In this document: piece by piece, positions 25,728 to 38,108 of the stretch
Position numbering within the stretch: the first letter of the stretch is position 1
Layout of the letters: every line of letters begins with the position of its first letter
From: Lama glama
Taxonomy: Eukaryota
Direction of reading: 5' to 3'
Length of the DNA: 64,000 bases
Assembly (NCBI GenBank): GCA_028534125.1
Contig: CM052816.1
Span: 96,164,001 to 96,228,000 of the forward strand
The notes under the pieces: generated by a model
What the model was told of the DNA's origin: nothing
What the model saw: the letters and a program-made list of their open reading frames with translations, nothing else
The model's database searches: none
Program-made: the position numbers and the translations under genes

Positions 25728-26608
25728 AAAGCAGGGAACAGTTTTATTCCTTTCATTGTCCCATCTGTATCTACTCACAACACTTTTGACATCAAATGAG
25801 GAGTGTTTTGCCCACACCAACAGTTCTCCAGCTGAGTGTCCTGCAATTCAATTCAATTCTGACACCAACTTGCTAGGGTTCACCAGACCTCACAGGTTAA
25901 GGACTCAGTCCCACTGGACTGGTGTCTGCTTCAGATGCCAGTCACAGTCCAGGTGGTTGTGCATATCCTGATCAACGGGCTCTGAATCAGGGCTTCCGGC
26001 CTCCCCTTCCTCAGATTCAATACTTTGCTAGAACAGCTCACAAAACTCAGGGAATCACTTTGCTTTTACTCATGTACCAGTTTATTATAAAGGATGCAAC
26101 TCAGGGACAGCCAAATGGAAGAGATGCATAGGGCAGGGTAGTGAGGTGGAGGTGTCCATGGCAGAGTGTCCAAGGTCTCTCCAGGCACCCCACCCTCCCA
26201 GCACCTCAATGTGTTCACCAACCTCAACCCAGAAGCTTTCTGAACCCTATCATTTAGGTATTTGGGGAGGTTTCATTACATTAGTGTGGACAAACAAATC
26301 TTTGGGCATTGATGATTGAACCCAATCTCCAGCCCCTCTCCCCTTCCTGGAGGTGGGACTGTGAGTTCTGACCCTATATTCACGTGGCTGCTTCCCCTGA
26401 CAACCAGCCCCCATCCTGAAGCCATTTTGGGGCTCATTGAGAGTCAGCTCATTAGAGTAACTCAGGTGTGTTGGAAGTAGCTTGTGATGAATAACAAGAA
26501 ATACTCATATTACTCAGGAAATTTCAAGGGTTTTAGAAGCTGTGTGTCAGGAACAGAGGGTGAGGGGGACAGGACATAGAACAAATATACATTTCTCATT
26601 GTATCACA
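25728..26608 (-). mobile_element. MER21-like solo LTR
   Basis: caattcaattcaattctgacac ... acaggttaaggactcagtccca ... tttattataaaggat ... aggaaatttcaagggttttagaagctgtgtgtcaggaac ... atttctcattgtatcaca. Confidence 0.8.
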
Positions 26609-27070
26609 CATTGATAACAAACTTTCATAAATTCCTTGGTGCACAGGACTGTTTATTCCAGCTTTCTCCAAATATTGCAATATGCAACTGAATATTTTGA
26701 ACAGATTTTTTTTTGGCAGACATCTGTATTTTTTCCCCCTACTGATTGCATGAATTTTGCTTTCCAAATCATTTGGAATTCTTTCAGCATTTATTTGAAA
26801 TTTTATTTTCAAATTTCCCCCAAAGCAAAGAACAATTTCTTCTCAACACACATAGAAAGATGTATTATTGTGAACATTTTAAGAATATAAAAAGGAAACT
26901 GTTGTCCAGTAGCTGTTTGCATTTATCCCTTCCATTGTAGCTGTATTTCCAATTTAAAGACAGATACCTGAGGATTAGAATGGGAAATAAAAGGATTTTT
27001 TAAATAATTGAATTCATTTAATTTAATTAATATTCTGTATTAAATGCCATTTATAAGTTCTTCTTAGTAC

Positions 27071-27821
27071 TGACCCAACTTGGGTCTGCTAGCCCAATGC
27101 ATAGTGGAGCCAATCTACTGACACTGGGGTTGTGGTGAAGGAAAAGTACAGCCTTTATTGCAAGGCACCAACAAGGAGAACAGGCAGCTGATACTCAAAG
27201 GACCCAAACTCCTTGATGGCTTCTAGGGAAGAGTTTTTAAAGGCAACATGGAGATGAAGGCTGCAGCTCATGGACTTTCTTCTGATTGGTGGTGAGGTAA
27301 CAAAGTGATGTTTCTGGAATCTTAATCATCAACCTTCTGTTTCCAACAAGTGATCTACTTCTTTGTGTCCAGCATGTAGTCACCATCCTCCACCTGGCTG
27401 GGAGGGTCTTAGTTTCTGCAAAAAAGCTCAAAGATATGTGTCAGATTATTATGTGTGTCCCTTGAGGAGGAGCTAGGATGCTGTATAATCACTGAACTGT
27501 TGTTTAAGCTATTATTAGTTTACTTGTTTGACTGCTTTTCCTTTTTTTCAGCATTCCCTCACTTCCCTAATTAGTAACTGCTTGAGTCTGCTCTTTGGAA
27601 CTCAGGGAAGGCCTAGGAGACTAAAACAGAAACTAAGGACATGGAGTGGCTTTTGTGCCCAGGAAGGCCCCTAGGAGTTCTGCTCATTTTAATTCCCCCT
27701 TTTTTTTTTGATATTCCTCAATCCTGAGGGGAACAGGAGTGGGACAATGTGATACAGTTTTGGATCGAGAGGTTAATAATAACCTCAGCAGGAGAACTCC
27801 CTTCAGGGGTGCTCAGTTTCA
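27071..27821 (-). mobile_element. ERV1-type solo LTR, TG...CA, candidate 4-bp TSD GTAC
   Basis: GTAC at 27067-27070 and 27822-27825; minus-strand AATAAA (tttatt near 27154-27159); shares blocks with the neighbouring LTR (ttctgatt, ccatcctccacct, ccttgaggagga, ctctttggaactca). Confidence 0.8.
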
Positions 27822-27928
27822 GTACTCACTATGACCTTTTGAGGGTCTTCCTGCTTCCTATACCCATTAACCAATAAGGAACAATGAGGGAGAGAGAAAT
27901 GAAAAGATTCCATAACTCACATTGGCAG

Positions 27929-28673
27929 TGTTACCCAACTCAGGTTCAGCTGCTAGCTGCTCAAAAGCCAATACTCAAGAGTCAAATATTGATTGGAAAG
28001 GAAAGGTTGCTTTACTCAGGAGGCCAGCAACGTGAGGAGAAGGCAGGCTTGTGTCTAAAAACCAACTCTGGAGATTCTGCTCAACCATGAACGTTTTCAA
28101 AGGGAGAATCATTTGGGGAGGGGGTCAAAGTCTTCATTATCTTCTACCGTGTGCAGACTTTCTTCTGATTGTTGGTGAGAGGTAATGGGGCGGTGTTCTA
28201 GGACTCTTGTGTTCTGCCAGAAGTTGCCATCCTCCACCTCGGTGGGGGCCTTAGTTCCTGCAGAAGAACTCAAAGGTATTGTTATGTATATTCCTTGAGG
28301 AGGAACCGGGACCCTGCCCTAAGGCTGCCCTTTGTTTCTTTTTTTTTTTTAACATTTTTTATTGATTTATAATCATTTTACAATGTTGTGTCAAATTCCA
28401 GTGTTCAGCACAATTTTTCAGTCATTCATGGACATATACACACTCATTGTCACATTTTTTTCTCTGTGATTTATCATGCCCTTTGTTTCTTGACTGCTCC
28501 TCCTCTGTTTCTGCATTCCTTCCCTTCCCTGTTAGCAACTGTTTGAAGCTGCTCTTTGGAACTCAAGAGAAGGTCCAGGAGTCTGAATGAAACCTATTTC
28601 TTACAAATAAAAAGCAGGGAATGTGGAAAGGATTTGCAGCTTAGAGGGCCTCACAGGGTCCTGCTTGGTTTCA
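27929..28673 (-). mobile_element. ERV1-type solo LTR, TG...CA, TSD GCAG/GGAG, interrupted by an L1 fragment
   Basis: Starts tgttacccaactcaggttc and ends ctgcttggtttca; related to the 27071-27821 element. Confidence 0.85.
28341..28476 (-). mobile_element. Young 136-bp 5'-truncated L1 3' end with a perfect 15-bp TSD
   Basis: TGCCCTTTGTTTCTT at 28326-28340 and 28477-28491; poly(T); the insert is the reverse complement of the same 3' UTR seen at ~11990-12090. Confidence 0.92.
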
Positions 28674-29110
28674 GGAGAATTCAGCCCAGCTCGTCCCACC
28701 CCGAGGGAGACCCAAGGATGGTTGGAGCTCATTAGGTGATGTAACACCACCTTTGAGACTGAGCAAATTGGATCAATGCATTTTTAACTCTATAGGGTTT
28801 TTATCGCATAGTAAAATTTTGGTTCACCAAGCCTTCTAATTTAAGAACTAAAATGAATACATAGAGTTATACCTCCAAATAGCATTTGGAGAACTTATTT
28901 GAAGGGGAAAGGGTAAGACTTGTAACTTCTCTAGAGATTCTTTCCAAATCAGCATGAATACTTCTATTTTATTTTAGCAGCGTGACATTTGACAGTCTTT
29001 CTCCTCAGTGTTCCTTCTCAGCCAGTTCTCAGTATTCATTTTAAATGAGTCTTCAGCAGGAGCAAACCTCTGACTGTTTGCCCTAGGTGCCAGCAGCTGG
29101 TCATAGGGTG

Positions 29111-29643
29111 TGTCGACTGAAAAAAATGCACAACCTAAAAGTTCAGAATTATGTTTTATTTGGCAAATTTTCTGAGGATTTCAAGCCTGGGAGGGAGACA
29201 GCCTCTCAGATCGCTCTGAGGGGCTGCTCTGAAGAGGTAGGGGAAGATCCAGGTTACATAGGAGCTTTTACAACAAAGACCAGCTAGTCAGAACAGCAAA
29301 AGATTACTGTTAATTAAGGAAAACCAGACATGTCACGTTAAGGAATTTAGCACTTTTCTATGTATGGGAAGGTGCGAAAGTCTGGGCTCATTGAAATCAC
29401 TCCTTTGATGTGCACCTAGCTGTCTAGGGCCGGTGTCCTGTGCTTCCACATCCTGAGTCCCCTGAGTGCAACAGGGTGCAGTGTTTGGTGGGGTGGCTGC
29501 AGGGTCTGAGGGCTGGGCAGTGGGCAGCCCCTTTGTCTCCATCCTGAGTTCCCTCATGGCTCATCATTGAGGGTGGCTGTAGTGGTTTGACGGCTGCAAC
29601 ATCCTTTGTTTACTGATGTAGCAGGCAACATCTTTCATTCACA
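29111..29643 (-). mobile_element. ERV1-type solo LTR, TG...CA, TSD GGTG/AGTG
   Basis: tgtcgactgaaaaaaatgcacaacctaaaagtt..gttttatt ... ttgaaatcactcctttga ... caacatcctttgtttactgat ... cattcaca. Confidence 0.85.
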
Positions 29644-30494
29644 AGTGCAATGATATCACCCTGACTCACGCTGTCCTTTTCTTGACTTGCCTCTGTCTCC
29701 TGGGGGCCACTCTTGCACCTGGCTGCCCCGTCGAGGCTGCTATTGTCCAACATCCGGAAGCCGAAGCATTGCTGAAGATTCTAGTGCTTGGGCTCAGAAT
29801 CCCTAAGGATGCCTTATGGCTTAAGTGGGAGAAGGAAGAGGGTGAGGTAGAATTCTTTAATTCTAAACATTATTCACCAACCTCATCTGTTGCAAAGACA
29901 AATTATAATCCATTTTTTAGAGCCATACAGAGTCTGGGTCCCTAAAGTAAACCACACACTTTCTGTTGGAGCTGTTTGTTTTGATGAACAGTTTCAGGTA
30001 CGACCCAGAAGCTTTTATTTCATTTGATTTGCTTTCAGTGAAACTTCATTTGGTATGAGAAGAGATACATAGATACCTGGTTTTATTTTTGTTTGCTTGC
30101 CAGATGTGCTGAGCTTTACTTTTGCCCCTTATAAGAGTTGTGTGGCCGTTTCCCAGTGTCAGTACATGTGCCATGTGTCCTACTGGAAGCAAAACACGAG
30201 CTGCGTTTCATCCGTGGAGCAACCTGCATGTCTCAACACGGGCTGTGAGGAGGTAATAGAGACAACAGCTGGGAACTGATCCCTGTGTTTTCTGTCTTGC
30301 AAAGGAGATAGTCTCTGGATTGTTGCCAGATGCAGAACTCTTCAGGGCCAGGTGGTAACTCCCACACCCTCTTAGTAGGCCGGTAAATCCATCGTGATGA
30401 GCATGAGCTTTCCAGGGCCGATGACGGCCGAAGATCCCAGCCCAGCTACTGACTGACTTTGCCCTAGAGCTGCTAGAAAGCTTCCGCTCCCATC

Positions 30495-30615
30495 TCTTTA
30501 TATCTTACAACAATCTGATGACACCAGAAAAACAAGGATTCTTATCCCCAGTGTACAGATGTGCAAGATGGGTTTCAGAAATGCAAAATGATTCTCCCAG
30601 ACTTCACACTCATCT
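30495..30615 (-). mobile_element. MIR SINE remnant
   Basis: atcttacaacaatctgatga ... ttatccccagtgtacagatg ... gattctcccaga..cacac. Confidence 0.6.
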
Positions 30616-30739
30616 GAAACCTGTGGTCTTAAAACTAGGTTCACTTGGTAACAACTCTGATGAGGTTTTTGCCTTAAAATTGTTGCTGTCTGTTCAGAAA
30701 GTTCCTAAAGGCAAAGTCCTTGTGCCTTTCTGAACTCCT

Positions 30740-31970
30740 GGATTCATTCTTTCTTTCGACACTTACTTATCAGGATGTCCTCTGCGGCTGTCAGACTTCT
30801 AGGTGCAGGGAGTAAAGTGGTGAGCTGAAGAAAAGGACTTTTTTCTTTTAGAAGTTCGATTATAGTTGGAGACAAACACTTACTCAATTAACAGTTAAGG
30901 GAAGTCTTAGAAAATCGAATGCAGTAACACCATCGGAAGTGTCTGTAGGGCTCCTGTAGATAAGGTGGTCGGGAAAAGCCCGCCCCAAGAAAGTGATGTT
31001 TGCGCTAATGTCTGAATGAGGAGGAGTCAGGCAGAGGTGATGGAAAGAGATTTCTGGAAAGGAAGACCAGCAAATCCAAAGGACCAGTAGAGGGAATGAC
31101 CTTGGTAGGCCAAAGGACTGTGAGGAAGTGTAGAGTTACTAGTTCCAAGTGATCAAGGTGCAGGTAGTATCACGTGGTCAGAGTAATGGTGGTAAAATCT
31201 CAAGAGGTTTTGTGAACAAGGCTGAGGACTCTGGATTTTATTTTAAGTACAACGGCAGGCCACTGAGAGGTATTGAAGATGAGCTACTTTTCATGTTGAA
31301 AATATACTTTATGTTGAGGTGTAGAGAAAGGATTATAATGGGGCAAGATTGGAGGAGGAACACCCATTAGGAAATTATAGTAGATTAGACGAGAGATACT
31401 GATAGAGAAATGGATGGACTGGGACCTTTTTCTGTTTGGTACCATCAACAGGATTTGCTGGTGGCTTGGAAGTTGGCCATGAGGAAACAAGCAGAATCAG
31501 GAAGGGCTGAGATATCTCTTACCTGAGCAGCTGAGTGGGCGGTGATGTGGGAGGACGGGGAGAAGCAAGTTGGGACACACTGAAGGAAATCATGCCTGGT
31601 GATTTGGATACATTAAGTTGGGAGACCCCCTTTGGGTATCCCAAGGGCTATATCCGAGAGAGAAGAATGGATATTTCCTGGCAATGGACGAAATTCAGGG
31701 AGAGCGTATTGATGGTTTTTCTCATCATGGGATCAGGGCATAGCCCCCAGGAAGAAGAGATTGGGAGACAAGATGAGAGTCCCAAGCAGATGCCACCCTT
31801 TGGAGGAAACACAGCAGAGGAAGAACTATAAAAGAGACTGAGGAGGAGCAGCTAGTGAGTGAAGAAGGAAACCTGGACAATATGAGTTGTAGGCATTGGG
31901 GAGGAGATGGTTCGAGAAATAAGGAGAGGTCAGCTCCCTCTGATGCTTCTGAGAAGTCTATAACAAAATG
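30740..31970 (-). mobile_element. L2 LINE fragment
   Basis: ttcattctttc..acttact ... ctaggtgcaggg..aaagtggtgag ... gtggtcgggaaaagcc ... ggattttattttaagtacaa..aggccactgagagg ... aggatttgctg..ggcttgga. Confidence 0.8.
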
Positions 31971-32849
31971 CTTAGATAATCAAATGCTATGACAGACACC
32001 CCGGGAGAACAAACTGTACTGAGTTTTCTTGATCTTAATGTCACTGTGCTCCAGCCATGTGTCTTTGTGTTCCGGTAACCATCTCTCACTCTGAACAAGA
32101 GTACTTCACATAAGGCTCTTGGTTTACCCTTAGTTATGTGGTGATACGGCCAGCACCTGGGCGTGGACCCTGCATGCTAGCCAGCCGTGTGGAATGCAGA
32201 TGTGTGACTGTGTGAGCTGTTGCGACTTCTTGTTTCATTCCCTCCCAAAAAAGAACAAAACAAAAACCAAATCAAAACATCGGAGCCTCTCTCATGTCAC
32301 TCTATCCCCTTTGTTAGCAAGCAAAGACAATTTAAGGCTCAAAATAAATCGTGTTTTGTCTTTACCTCCAACCCAGCTTCTTTCCTGAACAACAGAATAC
32401 TTTGCATACCACGTTTGCCATTTGAATGGAGCACCTCACTCTGACCTCAGAGAACAAACTCAAGACTTTCCATCCTGAGCACTGGACCTTTTGGCGTTTC
32501 CTCCCTCTGAATGGTGCCTGTATCTGTACCCATGCATTTTGTTCATTTCTATACCTGATTCTGCCTTATTCAGGCTTCTTTGGTGGCCTCTTTGCTTCAC
32601 CCTCTTTGTTCTTAAACTAGGTAACGGTCTTCCATGAATCGTTTTCTGTTTTCTCATTTGCGCAGTCCTTTCTGCTCAGTCATCTTTCTGAACTGCTCAC
32701 CTGATCATATTTGAATCTTAGTTCCTTCACTGGCTCCCTGACCTTGGGCAGTGGTTTGTAATGCTCTGTGCCTCCATTTCTCCTGCCTTGTACCGCGATT
32801 CACGTCTTGGTATTGGGAAACTATTACAGTACTTTGCTATTTAAGTCCC

Positions 32850-33340
32850 TTTCATGTAAAAGTTTCTGTTTTCAAACCACGTCACATAAGAAGCTTCCTG
32901 ATCTGTCCTTTTCTTTCTTTCCAGCTTCAAAGGCTACTCATTTGCACCTCTCCTCACGGGCTCCACGCATCCACGCGCCTTGCAGGTCCCTGAGCATGAG
33001 ATGCCTTTTCATGTCTCACAGGCCTTACACGTGCTGTTGCCTGTTTCCAGGAAGCATCTTTCCCTGTCATTTCCCGGGAGAGCCTCCACGTTTCCTCCAG
33101 CCCCGCTCAGATGGAAGCTTGGCTGAGTTTCTTTGTGTGACTCTCCGTTTTCTCCTCTGTGTGTTTTCTCAGTGCTTTCCTGGTCTATACCTTTCATTCC
33201 CAAGTTGTATTACTCCTTACTTCGGGGTCACCTTTACTAGGCTCAGAATTCCTGAAATGTCTGAACGTTTAGAAAGGATCCTATTGAATCCTGGTTTCTG
33301 CCATCGAATAGGTGTTCAGTAAATATTAGATGAATAAGTT
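32850..33340 (+). mobile_element. L2 3' fragment
   Basis: caggccttacacgtgctgttgcctgtttccagga ... ends taggtgttcagtaaatattagatgaataa. Confidence 0.6.
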
Positions 33341-35589
33341 TATAAGTCGTAACCTGGGTTACATAGAAATGTGACTGGTTAGTTAGCATTGCCTGTTTTG
33401 GGGATGTTTTCTTGGCATAGAACCAATCAATTACAATGCTTATTATATAAAGGTTACACAGGGTCTTTTTTTTTTTATTTCCTGTATCATGAATTCCTTA
33501 CTGTTAAACCAGACAAGCCTCAGTGACTCTCTGTGCTAACAACTAGGCACCAGAGGAGAACTGTACTTTGCCATCTGAGGACTATTATGCAGTGATAATT
33601 TTATTACTGATGTGATGGCAATATAGAAGCCACTTCCTAAAGCTAAGAGCTTCTTTCTCCTGCAACTCATCATTGTTTAAAGGAAAAACAAGACTTGGCA
33701 GAGGTGACCTAAGGATGAAATGCTTCAGAAACGCCCAGGGTCGGATGTCTAGAAAGGGTGAAATTCTGAGTTTTTGTAGGCTACATCTGGACTTGCTGCA
33801 TCCATTTTTTAATAGATTCAATTAAAACTGGTTAATTAAGCATTAGCTGTTGGTTGAATCACCCTGATTGTATATTAGCATGAACACAAACCTAAGCAAT
33901 CACCAGTGACATTTGTCAAACCACCATAGAAGGTAAACCGATCAAAATGGCTATAAATAGACTGATGAGATCTTTGGATATGCAGAGAAAAATGATGAAC
34001 ACACTGGGACAGAGATCGTTTTCAAAACCAGAAATCATTTCTAAATTAAAAAGCAATTAAATAGTGTATAATTGCTATTTGAATGTATGTGCGTGGCTTG
34101 ATTTTCACAGCTACAATAATCCTAAGGAAATAATTAAGAGGCCTAATTATCCATCATCATAATCCATTAAACCAGTTGCCCTTGGGTGAGAGCCCATATA
34201 GACATGTACGGGGAAAAGTTATCCTATTTGGAAAAACAAATAAGAAAGAAAAAAAGCTTCTCTTAATTATTCAGCCTAATCAGACTTGCAGGCCTCAGGA
34301 ACTGAGGAGGAGAACTCTGTTAGCATTACTTATTTCAGGGTGTTAGAGCTCTCTTAGGTGGGACGGTGCTGGGAAGTACTAAATTTAATGCCACTGCTTT
34401 TCTACAGCCTGCGTGATGACTTCCAGAGGAAAGTTTGGCTTCTGCCTTTGATAGTGTCAGCGCTGTCAATCTTGGGAGCCTTTAGGAAGACTCTGAAGGG
34501 CTGGGTCCCAGTAAGATGATCATGACGGGGATCTTGAGACTGGGGACAAGGAAGAGTGGCATTCCAGGAGAGACCAGTTAGGCTAGCTCCCAGGGAGCAT
34601 CAGAACCAGGAGTTCTGACAAGTTCAAACCGCCAGGCCCTGTGGTTTCTCTTCCGTGCCTGCCCAGGCCTGGTACCACCTCTTCAGTGGGCCTTCACACC
34701 TCCTCGGGGCTTCTGTGCTCTGTGCTGTGGGGCAAAGGGGGTGGCCTCCATATTCCATGCAAGGGGATGGGGACCTACCTTTCTGCAAAAGGAAGAGCAT
34801 GGAACCTTAGAATCACAGCCTGGAACTTTGTGTTTTCTTGGTGGCACCTGTGCAATGGGTCTACCATATCCTGTTCAGAATGTGGTGGGCAGGGGTTGGG
34901 GGATGGGGTGGGCAGGAGGAGGGTCTGTTGACCTAGGTGCTTATCAGCTTGCATTATATCTCTGTAGGAGAGTTTTTACTTTATTCCCTTAAATCCGACA
35001 TATAAACTCACTTTGGGAATATAACTCAGTTGGAATGACCTGCACGTAGTTTAATAATCTTTGCCCACATGTGACACTGCAGAGGCTGGGATTCTGTACA
35101 CACCTGTTCACTCATCTGTGCTCTTGGTCTTGCCTTTGATATTATTGCAGGTGAGCTTGGAGAATTCAACAGAATTGCAGAGTGGTAGACTATTATTAAT
35201 CAAATTTACTTCTGTGTTTCCCATGCCCTTCCAGAGCCCCACTGGGAGAGGTAGAGGGTGGCTGCCAGCACTTGTGACTGAATGAGTGTGTGTGCTGTGG
35301 AATCAGCCCTGAAACCATTAACGGTTTTGTCCAAATCTCAGTAAAGACAAAGTGAACAGGTATCATCTCCTCAACCAAACCATTTTATTTCCCATTTCCC
35401 CACTGAGAGTCTTTTGTTTTCCCCTTTTATTAGAAAGAGAAAGAAACACATCGTATTTCCTCTGACAAGTTCAAAGCAAGCCGACTTGATCTTTGAGTAG
35501 GACTCTGTTGAGGCAGAAAAGAATTAGGAACCTGGGAGGTCCTGGAGCCCTACTCACTAAAAGAAGAGGCCCGAACACACGAGCTAGAT

Positions 35590-35800
35590 CACGGATGCTG
35601 AAGCCAGATGGCTTGGGTTCAAATCCCAGGTCACTCACTTAATAGCTCGGTGACATTTAGTAAGTTAGTTTCCTTTCTGTCTACTACGTAAGATGAATGT
35701 AACACTAATGCCTGCTTCTCGGGGCTGTCGGGCTCTCGCGAGGGCGGAGTGATAGAGTGATGGGGAGAAGAGCTCATCACCGTCGGAAGTTCTGGGATGT
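35590..35800 (+). mobile_element. MIR SINE
   Basis: gaagccagatggcttgggttcaaatcccagg..cacttaatagct..tgac.ttagtaagtta. Confidence 0.75.
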
Positions 35801-37681
35801 TTCCCTGGATGCATCTCCCCGGCAGCTATTTTCCGGTGTTTCACTGTCACGCATAGTCTGACTTCTGGTTTCTGCTGCTGCATTGCTCCTCTGTGTACCA
35901 GTTACTCTTGGCACAGTGTGTCACCTCCAGACTGACAGACAGCTTTCTGCATGCATGTTTATCTGTTGGATCTGGTTGAACTCACTATGCTGATTCAAAG
36001 GTAGGCAGTGGTGAATTACATTCAAAGTCAAAACTTGAAAAACTGGCATCAGCGTACCCTAAAAATGGCATTAAATTTCCCCTGTTGATTTTGAGGATTA
36101 TAGTAACTGAACTCCAAGATACCTGAAATTCTAGCAAGAATTTTGAATTTGGCTGATTGGAAGGTGAATAAACATTCACTTTTTAATCACATGCTTCTTT
36201 TCAGAATTTTCTACATATGTGAAAACCTAAGAGAAATGTGCCTAACAGATATGAAAAGCTTCATTTTTTACTATTCAGTTTTTCTTATTTCTTTCGCTTA
36301 AAAATTTCAACTTCCTGATCTTTTCTAAATGACCTATAAGTCAAGGTGTTTAAGTTTTCCCTCATTTTTCATTTCCGTTGGTGTCATATTTCTTTTGTAT
36401 CATCTCATTCACTCAACTTAAGATGCAGGATTCCAAGCACATAAGCCATTACTGTAAGACTCTGAAAAAGAAGTCCCTTTGCTGACCTCCTGCAGATTCC
36501 TATAACGTTAGTGCTGGCTTTCATGTGATTAGTCTGCTTCGCTTCTTTGGTTGTTGTTCTTTCGTTCTGTTTAGTTTTTTTCTAGTTGGTTTTGAAAAAC
36601 CAGAATTTATTACCAATGAATGAAGGTGTATTTGATTCAAAAGTATGATGATCAAAACATCCTATGAATTTTTTTTGTTGGTCAATTCTTTTGCTATTTT
36701 GGGAGTAATTTCACTGTCCCATTATATTTTTCTTCAAACAGAATTGTGAAGGTAGTTTTGTTTTTCTAACACTGGAGTTATTTCTAGAGTAGAAAGAAGA
36801 CAGTCCAGAATTGTGCAGTGGGCTTAGTCCCAAACCCTGCCAGGGGAGCAGGTGGAAAGAGTTTCATAGTATAGATTAGAAAGACTGGAGCTGTCTACAA
36901 CCACCAGTTGTCAGGCCAGGCGTGTGGGCATCTCTCTGCCACAAACCCACTTTTTACGCAGTGCTCTTCCCACTCCTAGGTGACTGGTCAGTCCTGCCTT
37001 CATCTTCAGCCTATTGTGCCCGCTTATTCTTGGCCCTCAGCGCCTGCCTGCTGCTTCTGGAAGTGCCTGCTACCAGTCTCCTGTTCACCCACCACTCTCC
37101 TTTCCAGGCCTTATCCTCCCCCCAGAGCAATCACTCTCAGTGACTGATCTCTCACCATGCCAACATCTTGCTTAACATCTTATCCATGGCTTTTTGCAGT
37201 TCATGAAAAAAAATCTGAACTCCTTGACATGGTTCATGAGGCCTGTCCAGAGCTGCATGCCACCCAGAAGTCTACATCCCTCTCCACTCCCTGCCCAGTG
37301 ACTCAGTTCCTCAGGCAGACACACTTTCCTCCCATTCCTTGGGAATGGCTGATTCCTTCCCTTTTTGTGGACACCCACCCCTCCACTGTCAGTTCCTTTA
37401 CAATTTAATTCAAGCCTGGCTGCCCTGGGAACCTTGCCTTGATTCATCCCTGGACCACACCTGGACCAGGTGTTCCCCTCCGGTGCTCCCCAGACCACAA
37501 TGAGTACCACCAGTGCCCCCCCACCGCCGGCAGCCCTAGTGTAGCAGGGGCTGCATCTTCCATATTTATGGGGACCAGCTCAGATGTCTGGCAGAAACAT
37601 ACAGGTGAATTTATCCACCTGATGAAGTTAAAACCATTTGTGTGTGTTTGTGCACACATGTAATTCACATGTAATTATGTC

Positions 37682-38108
37682 TGTATTCATTTTCTATGGC
37701 TGCTATAACAAATTTACACAAACTGGGTGACTTAGAGCAATAGAAATTTATTCTTTTCTAGTTCTAGAGGACAAGAGTCCAAAATGATTTTTATGGAGCT
37801 AAAATCAAGGTGTCTCCTGGGCCACACCCTCTCCAGAGGTTCTCAGGGGGATTCTGTCCCTCTAGATTCTGGTGTCCACATGCCTCCAATCTCTGCTTCT
37901 TGGTCACATTTCCTGTTCCTCCCTATTTGTCAAATCTCCCTCTGTCTCCCGCATAAGGAAACGTTTGATTATGTTTGGGACCTGCCTGAATAATACAGGA
38001 TAATCTCTCCCGTCACAGGATCCTTAATTTAATCTCATCTGCCAAGTCTTTTTTTGTCATACAAGGTAGCATTCACAGGTTCCGGTAATAGGATGTGGAT
38101 ATCTTTTG
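37682..38108 (-). mobile_element. MaLR solo LTR (MLT1B/C-like)
   Basis: tgtattcattttctatggctgctataacaaat..cacaaactgggtg ... aatacaggataatctc ... cattcacaggttccgg..taggatgtggatatcttt. Confidence 0.85.

Noticed and set aside
27071..28673. Two related LTRs as the ends of one provirus
   Set aside because: They are only ~107 bp apart, clearly diverged, and each has its own candidate TSD; there is no internal gag/pol sequence.
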